From positions 1-64,000 of the forward strand of contig NIVC01001347.1 in NCBI GenBank assembly GCA_002269645.1: 64,000 bases of DNA, read 5' to 3'. The stretch's first letter is position 1. Every line of letters starts with the position of its first letter. This DNA comes from Macrostomum lignano (Eukaryota). The notes beneath the pieces are model-generated. The model was not told where the DNA came from. It saw only the letters and a list, made by a program, of their open reading frames with translations, and did no database searches. Positions 39,351 through 51,449 of the stretch are shown one piece after another. The translations under genes were made by a program, and so were the position numbers.

Positions 39351-40992
39351 ATTGTTGTGAAATGCAAAATCTCTGGTGAGTGGCTTGTGATCCTCAAGCA
39401 GCTACGGCCTCCTAAGACTAATACCAGAGTACAAGTACCCCTTCAAGGTGGCAAGCCAGTGATGGCATCCAACATTATCCAAGCTGCTGGTGTCAGGCAG
39501 TGCGTACTATCGCTTCTTGTTCCTAGCCAGCAGCTCGTCCCTACAGCAATACCCAATACAGTATGTCCCATACCAAATAATGAACAACACAATGAGACTC
39601 AAGTTCTTACTGAGGAATAAACATGGCAAGAGCAGTGGCAAAAGATTAGCCGGTAGCGCGGATTCTCAGACATTACGTACCCATAGGGGCATCTCAGTTC
39701 TAATTGATATAGGCAGTGGAAACTCAGAGGGCCATTCCATATAATTATGGTCATAACATGACAGACTATTTTTACTTATAAAATGAAATCTAATAATAGA
39801 ATATACTAAACCAATATTTTGAATGAAAGATTATTTTGTCAAGAATATGTTTATAAAGTTTCATATAGATATCATCATTAGAATAGATGCTATTAAACCT
39901 GGAATGGCACTTATAGTTGTAACAACAGGATTTTTGACATATAGAAACTAAAAGGTAAAAGTCTTATAACATTTTTTATTTTTAATATTTTGCAATAATT
40001 TTTTTAAAATTTGACTAAGAACATCTTTAGAACTCATACTCTTTTATTAAAATATATAAACTCAAAAAGGCAAAAAAAATAAAAAAGAAAAGGCAACCTT
40101 ATGGTCGTAACATTATGGTCGTAACATATTTTTTTCTGCAATTCAGTAACTTTGAAGTACTAATATATTAAAAATATAATGGATTATATGGTTGCTAATG
40201 TTTTTATCTAATGATGCAAGTACTATAATTTTATATATAGTTTGTTTTAACCTTCTAAAGCTTTCTATTTGTTTTTAAAATGTACATAAACTTAATGATG
40301 TCTTTTGCTTAGAAAATGTCCAATTTTTTTTACAAAAATAATTTTTTGCCAATTGATAACATACTAATCCAACATTTTATCATTTATTTATTCTTAGATT
40401 GTATACATTACATACAAAAAAGATTTGGTAAAAAAATTGGCTGATAAGGCAATGACAAGCAAAAATATTGACTTTTTTCTATTTTCCAAATATGTCTATC
40501 TTATATGGAATGGGCCCAGAGCTGAGTTGAGTTGAAAGGTAGCAGCCACAGTTGGTCTCTCACTGCTGCTACACCGCACTAAATATATATTTGGGTTGGC
40601 CAGCTAGGCCGCAGGGTATTGCCCCCCTTTCCCCCCCCCGCGCCCACCCAACTAGCCACACAACTAGCTTAGCACATTATAGCTAGAAAGCTACTGATTG
40701 GCCGGCACATGAGAGAGGTGACCCGTACCAATCAGCAGCTGCGCAAGAGAGAAAACTTGGGGGGGGACGCTTGCTTGCTATCTGCAGGATGCTTGCTAGC
40801 TGGGTAGATGCTTGCCACAAGTATTAAGGGATGCTTGCTATCTGGGTGGATGCTTCTACAATATTTGGGAGATGCATGCTATCTGCAGGATGCTTGCTAG
40901 CTGGGTGGATGCTTGCCACAAGTATTAAGGGATGCTTGCTATCTGCATTTGCTTACTTTTGGAGGGGTGCTTGCAATGTGGGGGGATGCTTA

Positions 40993-41724
40993 CCCCTATT
41001 GGAATAAGTTTCAAAAACCCGCGGACGCGCGACACGGGTGCCAAAATTGTGCCCTCAAAAGTGCGACGCGACACCAAATTTTGTTGACTAGGGGGCAGCG
41101 ACGCACGACACAACACCAATGTCTGATGACCGGGGGGGGGGCCACAGCAGCCACGTTGCAATTGACAATTCTCGTTCTGCCGTTCACTCCCGACACCAAG
41201 ACCATGGAGCAAGGGACGAGAGTATTCCTTTCAATTTCGTGGAAAAAGAAATGAAATTTAAAAACAATAAACAGTAAAACAACAAAGGTGCAACAGTTAG
41301 AAAAACAGCGCATGCATTGTAACTAACAAGTAACATTTCTAAAAATTATATTTGAAGTATTAGTTATTTTACCGTCAAAATAAAAAAGAACAATTCAAGA
41401 ATTTGTTTTTATCCAACATGTTTGAAACATTTAAATACCGAGAAACAACCGTGAACATATTATTACAATGAAACACAGTTTGCGAGGTTTTGGCTGCAGA
41501 TCTAGGCCGCAATGCGACATATGACGACACTAGCCGCCAAGTTGCCACACTTTTGCGTCTCGTTGTGTCGTGTTGCGCAACACGACGCATGACGACACCA
41601 GGTTTCCACAGTGTCGCGCGACGCGACACACCACTTGACACCACTGTCGCGCGACGCAACACCAGGAGAATCCAAAAATGCGACGGACAGTTGTCCGCGT
41701 TTTGTCAACTTATTCCAATAGGGG
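40993..41724. mobile_element. 732-bp non-autonomous TIR element with a 7(-8)-bp target-site duplication
   Basis: Perfect 18-bp TIR (CCCCTATTGGAATAAGTT / AACTTATTCCAATAGGGG). ATGCTTA on both sides (40986-92, 41725-31). Subterminal GCGACGCGACAC-type motifs. Confidence 0.82.
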
Positions 41725-42060
41725 ATGCTTACTGTCTTAGGAATATTTTTTATTTAGCAGAAATACCTGCTATCTTTGTGAAAGCTATATTTTGTTGTCT
41801 GTTTTTTGATTTTAGAAAAAAAGAGATTAATAGCAAATATCATTGTCTGTGACAATTTTACACAAATAAGGTGATTTTTAAAAGTGAAAAAGGAATTGGT
41901 GTTTAAGAAAATGTGCTTTTTTATTGTTTTCCATGGACTATTTTTGCTCCTTGCTTATTGGGAGTCCCGAATGGGTGCCACACTAGATTGCTATTTAGTA
42001 ACTAATTTTGTAGTTTGTTAGCAAAAAATATTGTTATATTGCCATGTTGCTAAAAATAGA

Positions 42061-43532
42061 TAGTGAAAAAGTTAGTGAACATATTTCAAATACCAACAGT
42101 TAATACTTTGTAACTCCACCCTTCGCATCAATAACAGCCCAAAATTGATTTCTGTAACTGTCAATCAGTCAGCTGCACCACTCTGCAGGAATCTTTTCCC
42201 ATTCTTCAATGCAGAACCTCTTTAACTCATCCAGATTCCAAGGTCTGCATGCATGAACAGCCTTCTTCAGATTGAACCAAAGATTTTTAATAACATTCAG
42301 ATCTGGGCTTTGACTTGGCCAGTCCATCAGCTTCACCTTTTTGTTCTGAAACCATGTTTGAGTTGATTTGCTAGTATGCTTTGGGTTGTTATCTTGCTAT
42401 ATCAGCCAATCACGCCTAAGCTTCAGCTTTCTTATGCTAGGTTGGACATTAGCAGCCAGCAGCCATTCCCTGATACATGACTGAGTTCATAATTCCATGA
42501 ATTTGGACAATGTTTTTAGTTCCACTTGCAGCGCAACAGCCCCATAGCATGATGCTGCCACCTCCATGCTTTATAGTTGGCAGTACATTACTTTGTTTAA
42601 ATGCCTAATTTGGCTTTCTCCGCACATATCACTACAAAATATGCCCAAACAGTTCAATTTTTGTCTCGTCTGTCTATAAGATATTTTGCTAATAGCTATC
42701 TAGCTGCTGCAGCTGCTGTTGAGCAAATTTTAGGCAAGCTTGGCAATGCTTTTTGGATAGAAGAGGCTTCTTGCAAGCAACTTGTCCATGGCATCCTTGA
42801 TAGTTCAAAGACTTCTACACCATTGATTTGTGATTCAATTGTGAACCTCTATTCTGCATTGAGCAAGCTGATGTTGCAATTGACTAGCAGTCACAGTTGG
42901 ATCACTGTCAACAGTCTGAGCTAGTCTCCTTGCTGTGCACTTAAAAATTTTGGCCTGTCATCTATGTCAAGGCAGTAGAGTCACAGTGTTGTGCCTCTAC
43001 TATTTGTGTATGACAGCTCTAATAGTAGAAGCACTGAGTTGAAGTTGGCTGCCAATTTTCTTGTATCCAAGGCCAGTTTTGTGAGCTGATACAACAAGTT
43101 GCTTCAAATGCTCTAGGTGCTCTTTGCTACAATACATGTTGGCATAAAGTACTGCTGTTAGCTAGCCTGCCTCTGAGGCTTTATATAGCTTTGTACAAGT
43201 GTATAATTGCATTCAAACTACAATGGTGCAACAGATTTTGTGTGCAACATGCCGTAATTGTCTGCAATTGTATCATGCATTGTGGTTTCAATGGTTTGAA
43301 TGATTACAATTAGCTTGTTTGTAGTACAAACTTTTGGCTTTACTAACTTTTTTGATGGCAGTCCAACTGTGTCCAAACTTTGTGATATTTTTGCTAACAA
43401 TATACAAAATCAGTTACTAATATAAATACCTTTATTTGAATAAAATCTGAGAATATTTTCCTTAGGCTAAAAGAAGTTATTGGAATTTTTGTGACAGTTC
43501 AGTCAGGGTTCACTAACTTTTTCTTGCAACTG
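42061..43532 (-). mobile_element. Decayed Tc1 (DD34E) transposon, ~1.47 kb
   Basis: Minus-strand remnants KKPLLSKKH, TDETKIELFG, TIKHGGGSIMLWGC, QDNNPKHTSK, WPSQSPDLNVIKNLW, with many stops and frameshifts. The right end TA|CAGTTGCAAGAAAAAGTTAGTGAAC is partly mirrored at 42065-42080. Confidence 0.9.
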
Positions 43533-44802
43533 TATATATTAATAGACAAATGTAGGCCTTGGTGCACAAATTTGTATTTTAGCTTTGCACATAGTGCACA
43601 CCAAAATATGCTAAAATATATTATTGCATACATGTGACACCTTAGGTATAGTATGCATAATACTCATAGGCTTGCATTGTGTAATATTTTTATTTTTTGT
43701 TTATTAGTCTAATATTATTGTTGCTAAAAGGTTAGGCCCTATAAAGCTAACCTAAAATGCATTTATATGGAATGTAGATAAAATTAGCCTTTTATCAACT
43801 CCTAATAAAAACCTACTCATATTGCTAAAAAGTGCTATTATCTTATTTGCTATTTTATAACACAAAGGATAATGCAGTTGCAAATATAAGGTTAGTTAAG
43901 AGCATTGGAGTCATAACTTGAATGTCAGGGGTTTTTACTAATAAAAAATTAATATAAATTTTTTGTTCTTTTGTTAAATATTTGGTAATTTTTTAAAACA
44001 ACCTAAAGTTATTGCCAGTATACTTTATTATGTTACTTAAGCATTTATTACTGATAGTCATATTGTCAAAGTAACTAGTAGCCCTTGGTGCTAGATATTT
44101 TAGTATTACCATAGTCTAGTTTATAACTAGAGCAAAGAAAAAAACTTATCCTATGTAAAGGCCATCTTCTAGACTATGAAGTATAGTATTTGAACTTTTA
44201 GTGTTTATCATTTTTTTATTTTAAAGTTTCCATGTTAAATCTTCTAAAAGCAGTCTACCAGTAAAAACATGATATAGATTTGAACAACAATTGTCCAATT
44301 ATCTGGCATTAGCATTGCTATTTTCTTTATTCATTAGTATATTGACATGGTTATTAGTTGTATATAAAATATATTATTTTGCCTTAGAAATATAAAGACA
44401 CTAATATAGTATTGTTCTACTTTGTTCCTTAGCTTAGATTTGGTCTTTTTATTTTTAGTTTTTAAATAGGCATTTGACTGTTTCCTTATAGCAGTAAAAT
44501 AAATTTCCCTTTTGGTACTTAATAAGTTTCATATAAATGATATTAGCATCTTTCAATAAGAATAAGATAGCATAGCAATAAGATTAGCTAATGTCTTTCT
44601 TTGGCTCTAAGTTTAATTATGCTTGTCTTTAGAGACCAGAATAAAGGGTTGCTTAGTGCTCAAAAAACAGGCTTAGCTTGTTTGTTAATACCAAAACACT
44701 AGTTTTTTAAGACCAGATGTTACCTTTTCAAATGCCTTGCTCAAGACCATATCAAGAACTACTCAAATAGAAAGATGAGAAATAACATTACTTAAAAATG
44801 TT

Positions 44803-45111
44803 TATAAGCATACATGCGCAACAGTCGGCCGAGTCGGCCGATCCGGCCGACCGATTTGGCGACCAACCAAGGAAGTCGCAAAAATGCCCACTCAAAAAAC
44901 ACCCTAGTAGTAGTACTAAGTAGCTGACGAAGCATTTTGGCTTAATAAGAGAGTCATAGTTACTCCTGCCGTTTACCCAAACTTGCGTTAATTTTGCTTT
45001 ACGGTTTTTTTACATGCAAGTCGCATTTTTGGCCAAAAACTACGTCGCATTTTTGTTAAAACTAAGTCGCACGGCCGACCGAATTTTGGAGGTTGCGCAT
45101 GTATGTTTATA
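44803..45111. mobile_element. ~305-bp MITE, intact and CpG-rich, with TA-type ends
   Basis: TATAAGCATACATGCGCAAC ... GTTGCGCATGTATGTTTATA (19/20 inverted match). Confidence 0.88.
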
Positions 45112-45979
45112 AGGCTAGTTTTTTTCAGAATATAGTTACCCAGGTCACAAACCAACTGTCCTTTTAGTATATGTCTAGCACCTAAAAACCATTAAAATGG
45201 CACAGCTCAGCTCGTTGCTTTTATGAATCTATTTTATCATTCTTAGCAGACTTTGTAATATTTATGTGTAACAAAAATGATAAAATATATTCATAAAACC
45301 AATGAGCCAAGCTATGTCATGCATTTTTATGATTCTTAGATATAGGGAATGTATATAAAATAAAACATTAGCATGAATCCTATTTCTAAATCAAAATCTT
45401 TATGAATACCAATAAAGCTATAAAAAGAAAACATATGAAACAATGTGTGCTGAAAAACTGAAAATTTCATGCCATAGTATTTTTTAAGAAATGTAGTTTT
45501 TCATCTTTCTACTTAAGTAGTCCTTGGAGCACATTAGTTGCTTGCTACTAGTCACTTAGTGCCAAGACCATGGCTTGTTGCTGGGATAGATTTGCCTTAA
45601 TGCTATAAATATAACCAATAGTGTCTTTGACATCAGTGCTAGAGCCTACAGCTTGTGGCCAATGGTATGCATAACTTTGATATTAGCAATATTTTGATGC
45701 CTCTGAAGTCTGAATGTTAGGATCCATTTTTAACATTAGCTTACTACTATGGAATCATAAAAACAAAACAGAATATTTACTAAAGTGTCTAAGGATTTAA
45801 AATTATTCTTGTGTATGAGTAACACAAAACAAAGTTATGATTTTTGCATTGGTATTGCTTGGAACTATTCAAATTTTGTTGAATTTCATGCTTCTGCTAA
45901 TGCTTGTAAAAATATGGTAAATGAGAGGCTTTATTATCAGTATTTTTTCTTATCTCATGCTGTAAAGCATCATAAATGG

Positions 45980-46372
45980 ATGGATTCTGATTCTGATGCT
46001 GAATGTACAGTAGTATCAAAAGATTGCCAAAAACGGTTAGATCAAGTTGGTAAACTTGGCTTCAAAGAGGGTGCAGCAAGCAAAAGTGAACTTGATCAGC
46101 AAGTTTGCTTTGACGAAGCCTTCAAAGTTTCGGAGCCACGCGCTGAAAGACTCGGTGCATTGAGGGCGCGCTTGTTGTGCAAACGCCAACTTGTCACTAA
46201 TACTGTGGCCTTTGATAGTGTCCTGAGTGATATCGAGCAATACTGCTTGCGTGAATTACCAACAAAGCTTCTTGTCAACGACACATTAAGTATTGATAAC
46301 CACATCGATCAGCTAGAAACTCTTGTGGACTTTTTGTTGTTATCCGCTCAGACTCCAAGCAGCAATGTTTAG
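45980..46372 (+). CDS. YAE1-like (Yae1_N domain) small protein, 130 aa, single exon
   Basis: LGFKEGAASKSELDQQVCFDEAF...RLGALRARL fits the Yae1/Lto1 pattern G(Y/F).EG...G.E...Q..FD.GF...G.L.G.L, preceded by an acidic MDSDSD start. Confidence 0.65.
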   Translation: MDSDSDAECTVVSKDCQKRLDQVGKLGFKEGAASKSELDQQVCFDEAFKVSEPRAERLGALRARLLCKRQLVTNTVAFDSVLSDIEQYCLRELPTKLLVNDTLSIDNHIDQLETLVDFLLLSAQTPSSNV

Positions 46373-48567
46373 TGACAACGAGGCGCAGGAGTTTACAGCT
46401 CAACATTGGAAACGGCTGGCGCATCTGGCTGTCACTTATAAACAGTCAGGTGATGACAATCCATTGCGCGCTTTTCTAACTAGGGCTTTTATAACAGATG
46501 GAAAAATTTACGACGGAAAATTTCATAAAGAAAAGCAGAATGAGGAGTGTCAAGTGGAGGTTGGCAAAAAATATGACGATTCGCTGAATCCAGATGAAAG
46601 TGATGCCCAACCTGTTGTAATGGCCGCAGTGCCTGCTGATGCCGTTTCTGACCGGCTGGCCGAATTGTGCATTTCAGCCGATTCTGGCACTGCCTGCGAC
46701 GGCGAAGAGGAGACTCGTACTACAGAAAAAGAAATTGGGGCGTCTACTAACTCGGAAATGAACAAGGAAGCCTGCGAAGTAATGAGTCCAGAAGATGAGG
46801 AGCGAATGATGGCTATGCTGGGTCTGCCAACTAATTTCGCTGTCCGTCAAAGGCGGCAACGCCGAGATGGCGGCGATTCAAGTCGAAAACCAGGAAAACG
46901 TCCAATGCAGCACCAAGATCGAGATGCCCCATTAATGGAACCAGAGAAAAATATTTTAGAGACTGCCGACGAGTCGCCAAAGCGACGCAAATCCATTCCC
47001 GAAGTTGTTTCTGAAGATTTCAAGGAAGACGCCAATGAGGAACAAGTTTACCACGGCCCGCACTGGCCAGACTATGAATGGATTGCTGGCGAGTTCGAAC
47101 GCTATTGGAACGCTAATCGCGATCGCTGCATCTGGCTAGCTTGGGTGCGCCGTTTCGGTGCTTACATGACCGAGGAGAGCTGGTCTGGTATGCCAGCTAG
47201 CCTGCGCGAAAATGAGGAGTTTCTGCAACTGCTGCGCGAACAACAAGGCTCGAATTCGTCATCTGCCGGGTTGCCTGTTCAAGACTGGGATTTAGAGTGG
47301 CAGAGAAACAGTGAAACAGCCTACTGGGCCGAGATTCTCCGGTTTGTCTCCCGCTACCGACCAGGATCTGGGGCCAAACAGTCGGCCCTGAGACTGGCTA
47401 AGCGGCTTGGATTTGTTTACAAAGCTCATCTTGATCAAGATCATGTGTCGGCTAGCAACTACCAGCTGCTTCCCGCTGGAGAGACTGCCGCTCATCTATC
47501 CTACAAAGACTATAAGGCGATTGAACGAGATGCCGAAACAGAGGTATTTTTGACCTTTCTTATTTCCCTGCATATTAAAATTATTGAAACTCATGTACTA
47601 TTTCTTGCTGCAGACTGTACAAGTTATAATGAGTGAGGTACAGTATTCAACCTTAGTTTTAATACTTTGTGGGAGTCAGAAGAATCACTATAGACAAATA
47701 GGATTAGATTTCTGTTAACCTCTTTATCACGCTTTGTTCCTGTGCAGTTCCATACTGGTCTCTTAAGATCGTAACTAAAGCCTTCTTCAACTAAAAGCCA
47801 CCTTTTTGAGATTAGAGAACGCCGTTCCAGTTTACCTGTTGTCTTGTTAAGTTCCGCTACCTTCCTTCGTGTGTTTTATTTTATAGGCTGCTGAGGCTAA
47901 AACCGCCCTGCAAGATCCAATACTGAACAAGTACTGGAATCAGCGCTACCGGTTCTTCGACAAATTCGACGATGGCATCCAGCTGGATAGAGAGGCCTGG
48001 TTTAGCGTCACGCCGCAGAGAATCGCCCGCCATCAGGCTGAGCGACTAAAATGCCCTGGCATCCTGATTGATGCATTTTGCGGCGCCGGCGGCAATGTTA
48101 TTCAATTTGCCCAGCTGAGCGGCCACGTTATCGCCATAGACATCGATCCCAGCCGCCTGGCCATGGCCGAGCACAATGCCGGCGTCTACGGTGTGCTTAA
48201 CAATATCAGCTTCCTGTGCGAAGATTTTTTCGACGCTGTGCCCCGTCTCGGCGCCATTGCCGATGCCATCTTTCTATCGCCACCTTGGGGCGGTCCCAGC
48301 TATCTAGACAAGGACGTATTCGATCTGGACGAGCCGGTTCTGTCCGGCGGTCGCTCCGTTGCCGACTGCGTTCGCTCCGCCCTGGCCCACTGCGCCAGCG
48401 TTGCTATCTACCTGCCCCGCAATGTGGACCTGGGCCAGCTGACCCGCCTGCTGGCCGGCTGTCGGGCTGGTATTGTTGAGGTTGAGCAAAATATGCTCAA
48501 TGGCCGGCTGAAGGCTATCACAGTCTACACCGGTGGCCTTGTGGACGCAGTGACTGCTGACTATTAA
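46365..48567 (+). CDS. TGS1: Trimethylguanosine synthase (PIMT-like long form), 619 aa; exons 46365-47543 and 47887-48567
   Basis: KYWNQRYRFFDKFDDGIQLDREAWFSVTPQRIA, IDAFCGAGGNVIQFA, IAIDID, IFLSPPWGGPSY and YLPRN are TGS1 methyltransferase motifs. The N-terminal MAMLGLPTNF and YW...IW..W motifs resemble PIMT. Phase-0 GT-AG intron. Confidence 0.93.
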
Positions 48568-48630
48568 TTAGTGAAATGTACTGCATAATGCAATATTATT
48601 TTCTTATTCTGCTTCGCAGATACTAGAATA

Positions 48631-49235
48631 ACTAGACATCTCACTTGCAATTAAATTTGTGAAAAGATAGAGCGTCTACTACTCTTTTTCAGTAGTTTGC
48701 CTATGAAGTTAGGAATAAACAGCAAGCATTCAACCCGATGTACACAAGTGAATGCAAGATGGAAAAAAACTCAGCCTGGGGGGAAGCCCAATCTAGCTCA
48801 GCCAATGAAAGAGCAGTAAGGAGAGAGGGCAAAGTCAGACGGTCGAAACTCAGCCTAGGGCAGGCCCAATCTGGCTTAGCCAATGAGAGAGCAGCAAGGA
48901 GAGAGGTCAAAGTCAGACACGAGTGGGCGAGAGGAAAGCCAAGCTGTAATGGAATGGGTGATGGAATGGGTTTATCGGCCTGTCTGGGGGCTGTGGAGCC
49001 ATCCCTTTTCTCTCTTGCTCGTTACGCACAAGCACTGGATTATGGCTTTTCATGTTTTCCTGCAATCTTCAGTCGTGAATCAATTATTTTTTTAATTATT
49101 TAAAGTCTGAGCAGGCTGGGGTTGGTATAACAAGGTAAAGAATAAACATGCTCAAAATTAAAGAGGCAAAAAACGCTAATTTTATACTGAAAAACCAGTA
49201 GACAAGCACATTTTTTGCGAGTGACATCTTCTAGC
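48631..49235 (+). mobile_element. Copy 2 of the CCAAT-array element (2 units)
   Basis: TA|ACTAGACATCTCACTTGCAA ... TTGCGAGTGACATCTTCTAGC|TA; internal CCCAATCTAGCTCAGCCAATGAAAGAGCAGTAAGGAGA. Confidence 0.8.
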
Positions 49236-50182
49236 TATTCTAGGTATTATGTGATCTGTTCTATCAGTTATATTTATGCCTTGAGACAATTTGCAATGTG
49301 AGTAAAAAAAACAGATTTTTTCGAAGCTCAGTCAGACAATAGCATTTTACTTTGTGTCTGAAATTTAAACGAAACTGGTATAAGATGATTCAAAGATACT
49401 GAAAACCTTCGTCTCGTAATAATTTGCTATTTTTCAATCCAGGAAAGCATCGTGAGCCAACCAACCACTCTCCCTGTTTTCGTGTTTTCTGCTTTTGTCA
49501 TCAAACCACGATTTTGTTTGCCAGCTTAATCACCTCATCACTGGTTACGGGTCCGTTTAACAGCTTTTCTTTTGACTATACGGTATTTTTCATTTTTCCA
49601 TTCATCATCATCATCACCCATCCGTTGATTGCATTCGATTCGAGGCTAAATAGCTTGTAATTCTTACCATAAATGATGCACAAGCATAGTTATTATTTTC
49701 TACTTTTTCTACTATATTTCCTACAAATTAAATTATGAAATCTTCTGGAAAAGAAAATCTAATATTATTTATTGAGTCTCCGAGTGCTGTTTCAGCCAAA
49801 CCGGTCCTTTATTGTTGCGAATCACGCCCTGTAATTGCTGTATCCGTTTTGCTAGCTGTTTTGTGTTTGCTGATTCGATAATTGCTAATATAAGCTGAAA
49901 GTAAGCTCTTTGTTGTTTTCTTTAATATTTTGATTATTATTTCGTCGTTCTGTTCATTTTTGTTGTCTTGTCGTTAGGTTATAAAGTCAAGGATCACACC
50001 TGTAGACAGATAAAATAAAACACAAAATTAGATGACTAAGCAGTGTCCTATCATAAAGTAGTCATATTTACTCTCGCCTTTTACCTAGGCAGTCTGTTGA
50101 TTAGAACATAGAATGTTATTTAAATACGTTAATAAATTGCTTATTTAGCTACTTAGGAACTGAAACAGCCAGTAGTAAAAAC

Positions 50183-50495
50183 TATCCGGTGGTCTAGCCC
50201 GGCGCTCTGATGTGCCAGCGGCCCAGGCTCGATTCCTAGTGCATTAATTTGGGGCTGAATTGAAATCTCGACTTGGCTCTGCTCGTGCAATTAACGCCCT
50301 TGAGGACCAGCCCCAAGGCACGTTGAAATGTACATGCCTAACGATAAAGTCAGGGCCGCTGTACACTCCTGTGTCAGTTTGTACCTGCTCAGGGGAGTCG
50401 GCGAAATGGGCAGTAAGGCCTCTCGCCGGTTGCGTGACAATGTCGCTTAAAAAGCACTAGGGTGCACACAGCCCCTGACTCTATCTCTAAAAATA
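50183..50495 (+). mobile_element. tRNA-derived SINE-like element, copy 2
   Basis: GGTGGTCTAG (A-box-like) and GGCTCGATTCC (B-box-like), followed by a body shared with 11935-12176 (CTTGGCTCTGCTCGTGCAATTAACGCCCTTGAG; ATGGGCAGTAA.GCCTCTCGCCGG). Confidence 0.75.
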
Positions 50496-50548
50496 GTATA
50501 AGCTACCTATCCACCTCCTTCAGCAATAAATCTGTCCCAATAGCAACA

Positions 50549-50947
50549 ATGGCCGGTGGCAAAGCGGGCAAAGACAGCGGCAAGGCCAAGCAGAAGGCCA
50601 TCTCTCGGTCAGCCAGGGCCGGCCTACAATTTCCAGTCGGCCGAATTCATCGCCATTTGAAGACCCGAACAACCAGCCACGGCCGGGTTGGCGCCACCGC
50701 CGCCGTGTACAGCGCCGCCATCTTGGAGTACCTCACCGCCGAAGTGCTGGAGCTGGCTGGCAACGCTAGCAAAGATCTGCGCGTTAAGCGCATCACGCCG
50801 CGCCATCTGCAGCTGGCTATTCGAGGCGACGAAGAGCTGGACACGCTGATTAAAGCCACCATCGCGGGTGGCGGCGTGATCCCGCACATTCACAAGAGTC
50901 TGGTGAATAAGAAGGGCGCAGCCACTGTGCCGCCAAAGGGCCATTAA
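50549..50947 (+). CDS. H2AZ: Histone variant H2A.Z (H2Av), 132 aa, no coding introns
   Basis: [93 protein letters not shown] is diagnostic of H2A.Z. Confidence 0.98.
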   Translation: MAGGKAGKDSGKAKQKAISRSARAGLQFPVGRIHRHLKTRTTSHGRVGATAAVYSAAILEYLTAEVLELAGNASKDLRVKRITPRHLQLAIRGDEELDTLIKATIAGGGVIPHIHKSLVNKKGAATVPPKGH

Positions 50948-51449
50948 ACTCGCTAACTGACTCAAATTCGTTGTCGCGTCGATTATGTTCTTTTTTCAAG
51001 CCCGCCGGCAGCTTTAATTAGTTTTCAGGTAACCTCAGCCTCCTTTGTTCTCAATTCTAATCTATAATACTACTACTATAAGTCTGTCGAGTTTCTTATT
51101 TTTGTAATTCTTTTTAATTTTTCCCTATTCATTTGACTAAGTATCGTTTTTTTGCCTATGTTGTTCCACTGCTTACATGTGCTATTGGTTAATCTGCAAT
51201 GCAATTCTTTTCTGCTTTTAGCTAATTCTGTTTTAACAAAAACTACATGCTACAATAATACTTATGCTGCCGTTTTTAGCATAATTTAGTCATTTTTAAC
51301 TTTTAGTATTATGCCTGACTACGCGAAGCTGTTCTAATTAATTATTACACAATACATCAACTGCGTGAGTTGGACCCGTAATATATCGCGTTTAATTATG
51401 CAATTGTTTTGTGTGTTTTGCTTTTTAACTTATTTTCACCAGTCATCCA

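Noticed and set aside
39342-39744. Coding-like segment with 92-aa and 84-aa ORFs
   Set aside because: No recognisable family, splice structure or long frame on either strand; probably a decayed TE fragment.
45785-45979. 65-codon N-terminal extension of the YAE1-like ORF
   Set aside because: AT-rich and non-coding in composition; the Yae1-like protein begins naturally at the ATG at 45980.
46261-46372. Calicivirus-type termination-reinitiation at the ATGTTTAG overlap
   Set aside because: No UGGGA (TURBS-like) motif in the ~100 nt upstream, so this mechanism is unsupported; the overlap itself is kept as a finding.
50183-50245. Possible tRNA gene
   Set aside because: A/B-box-like motifs are present but no convincing cloverleaf, and it continues into a body shared with a second copy, so a SINE fits better.
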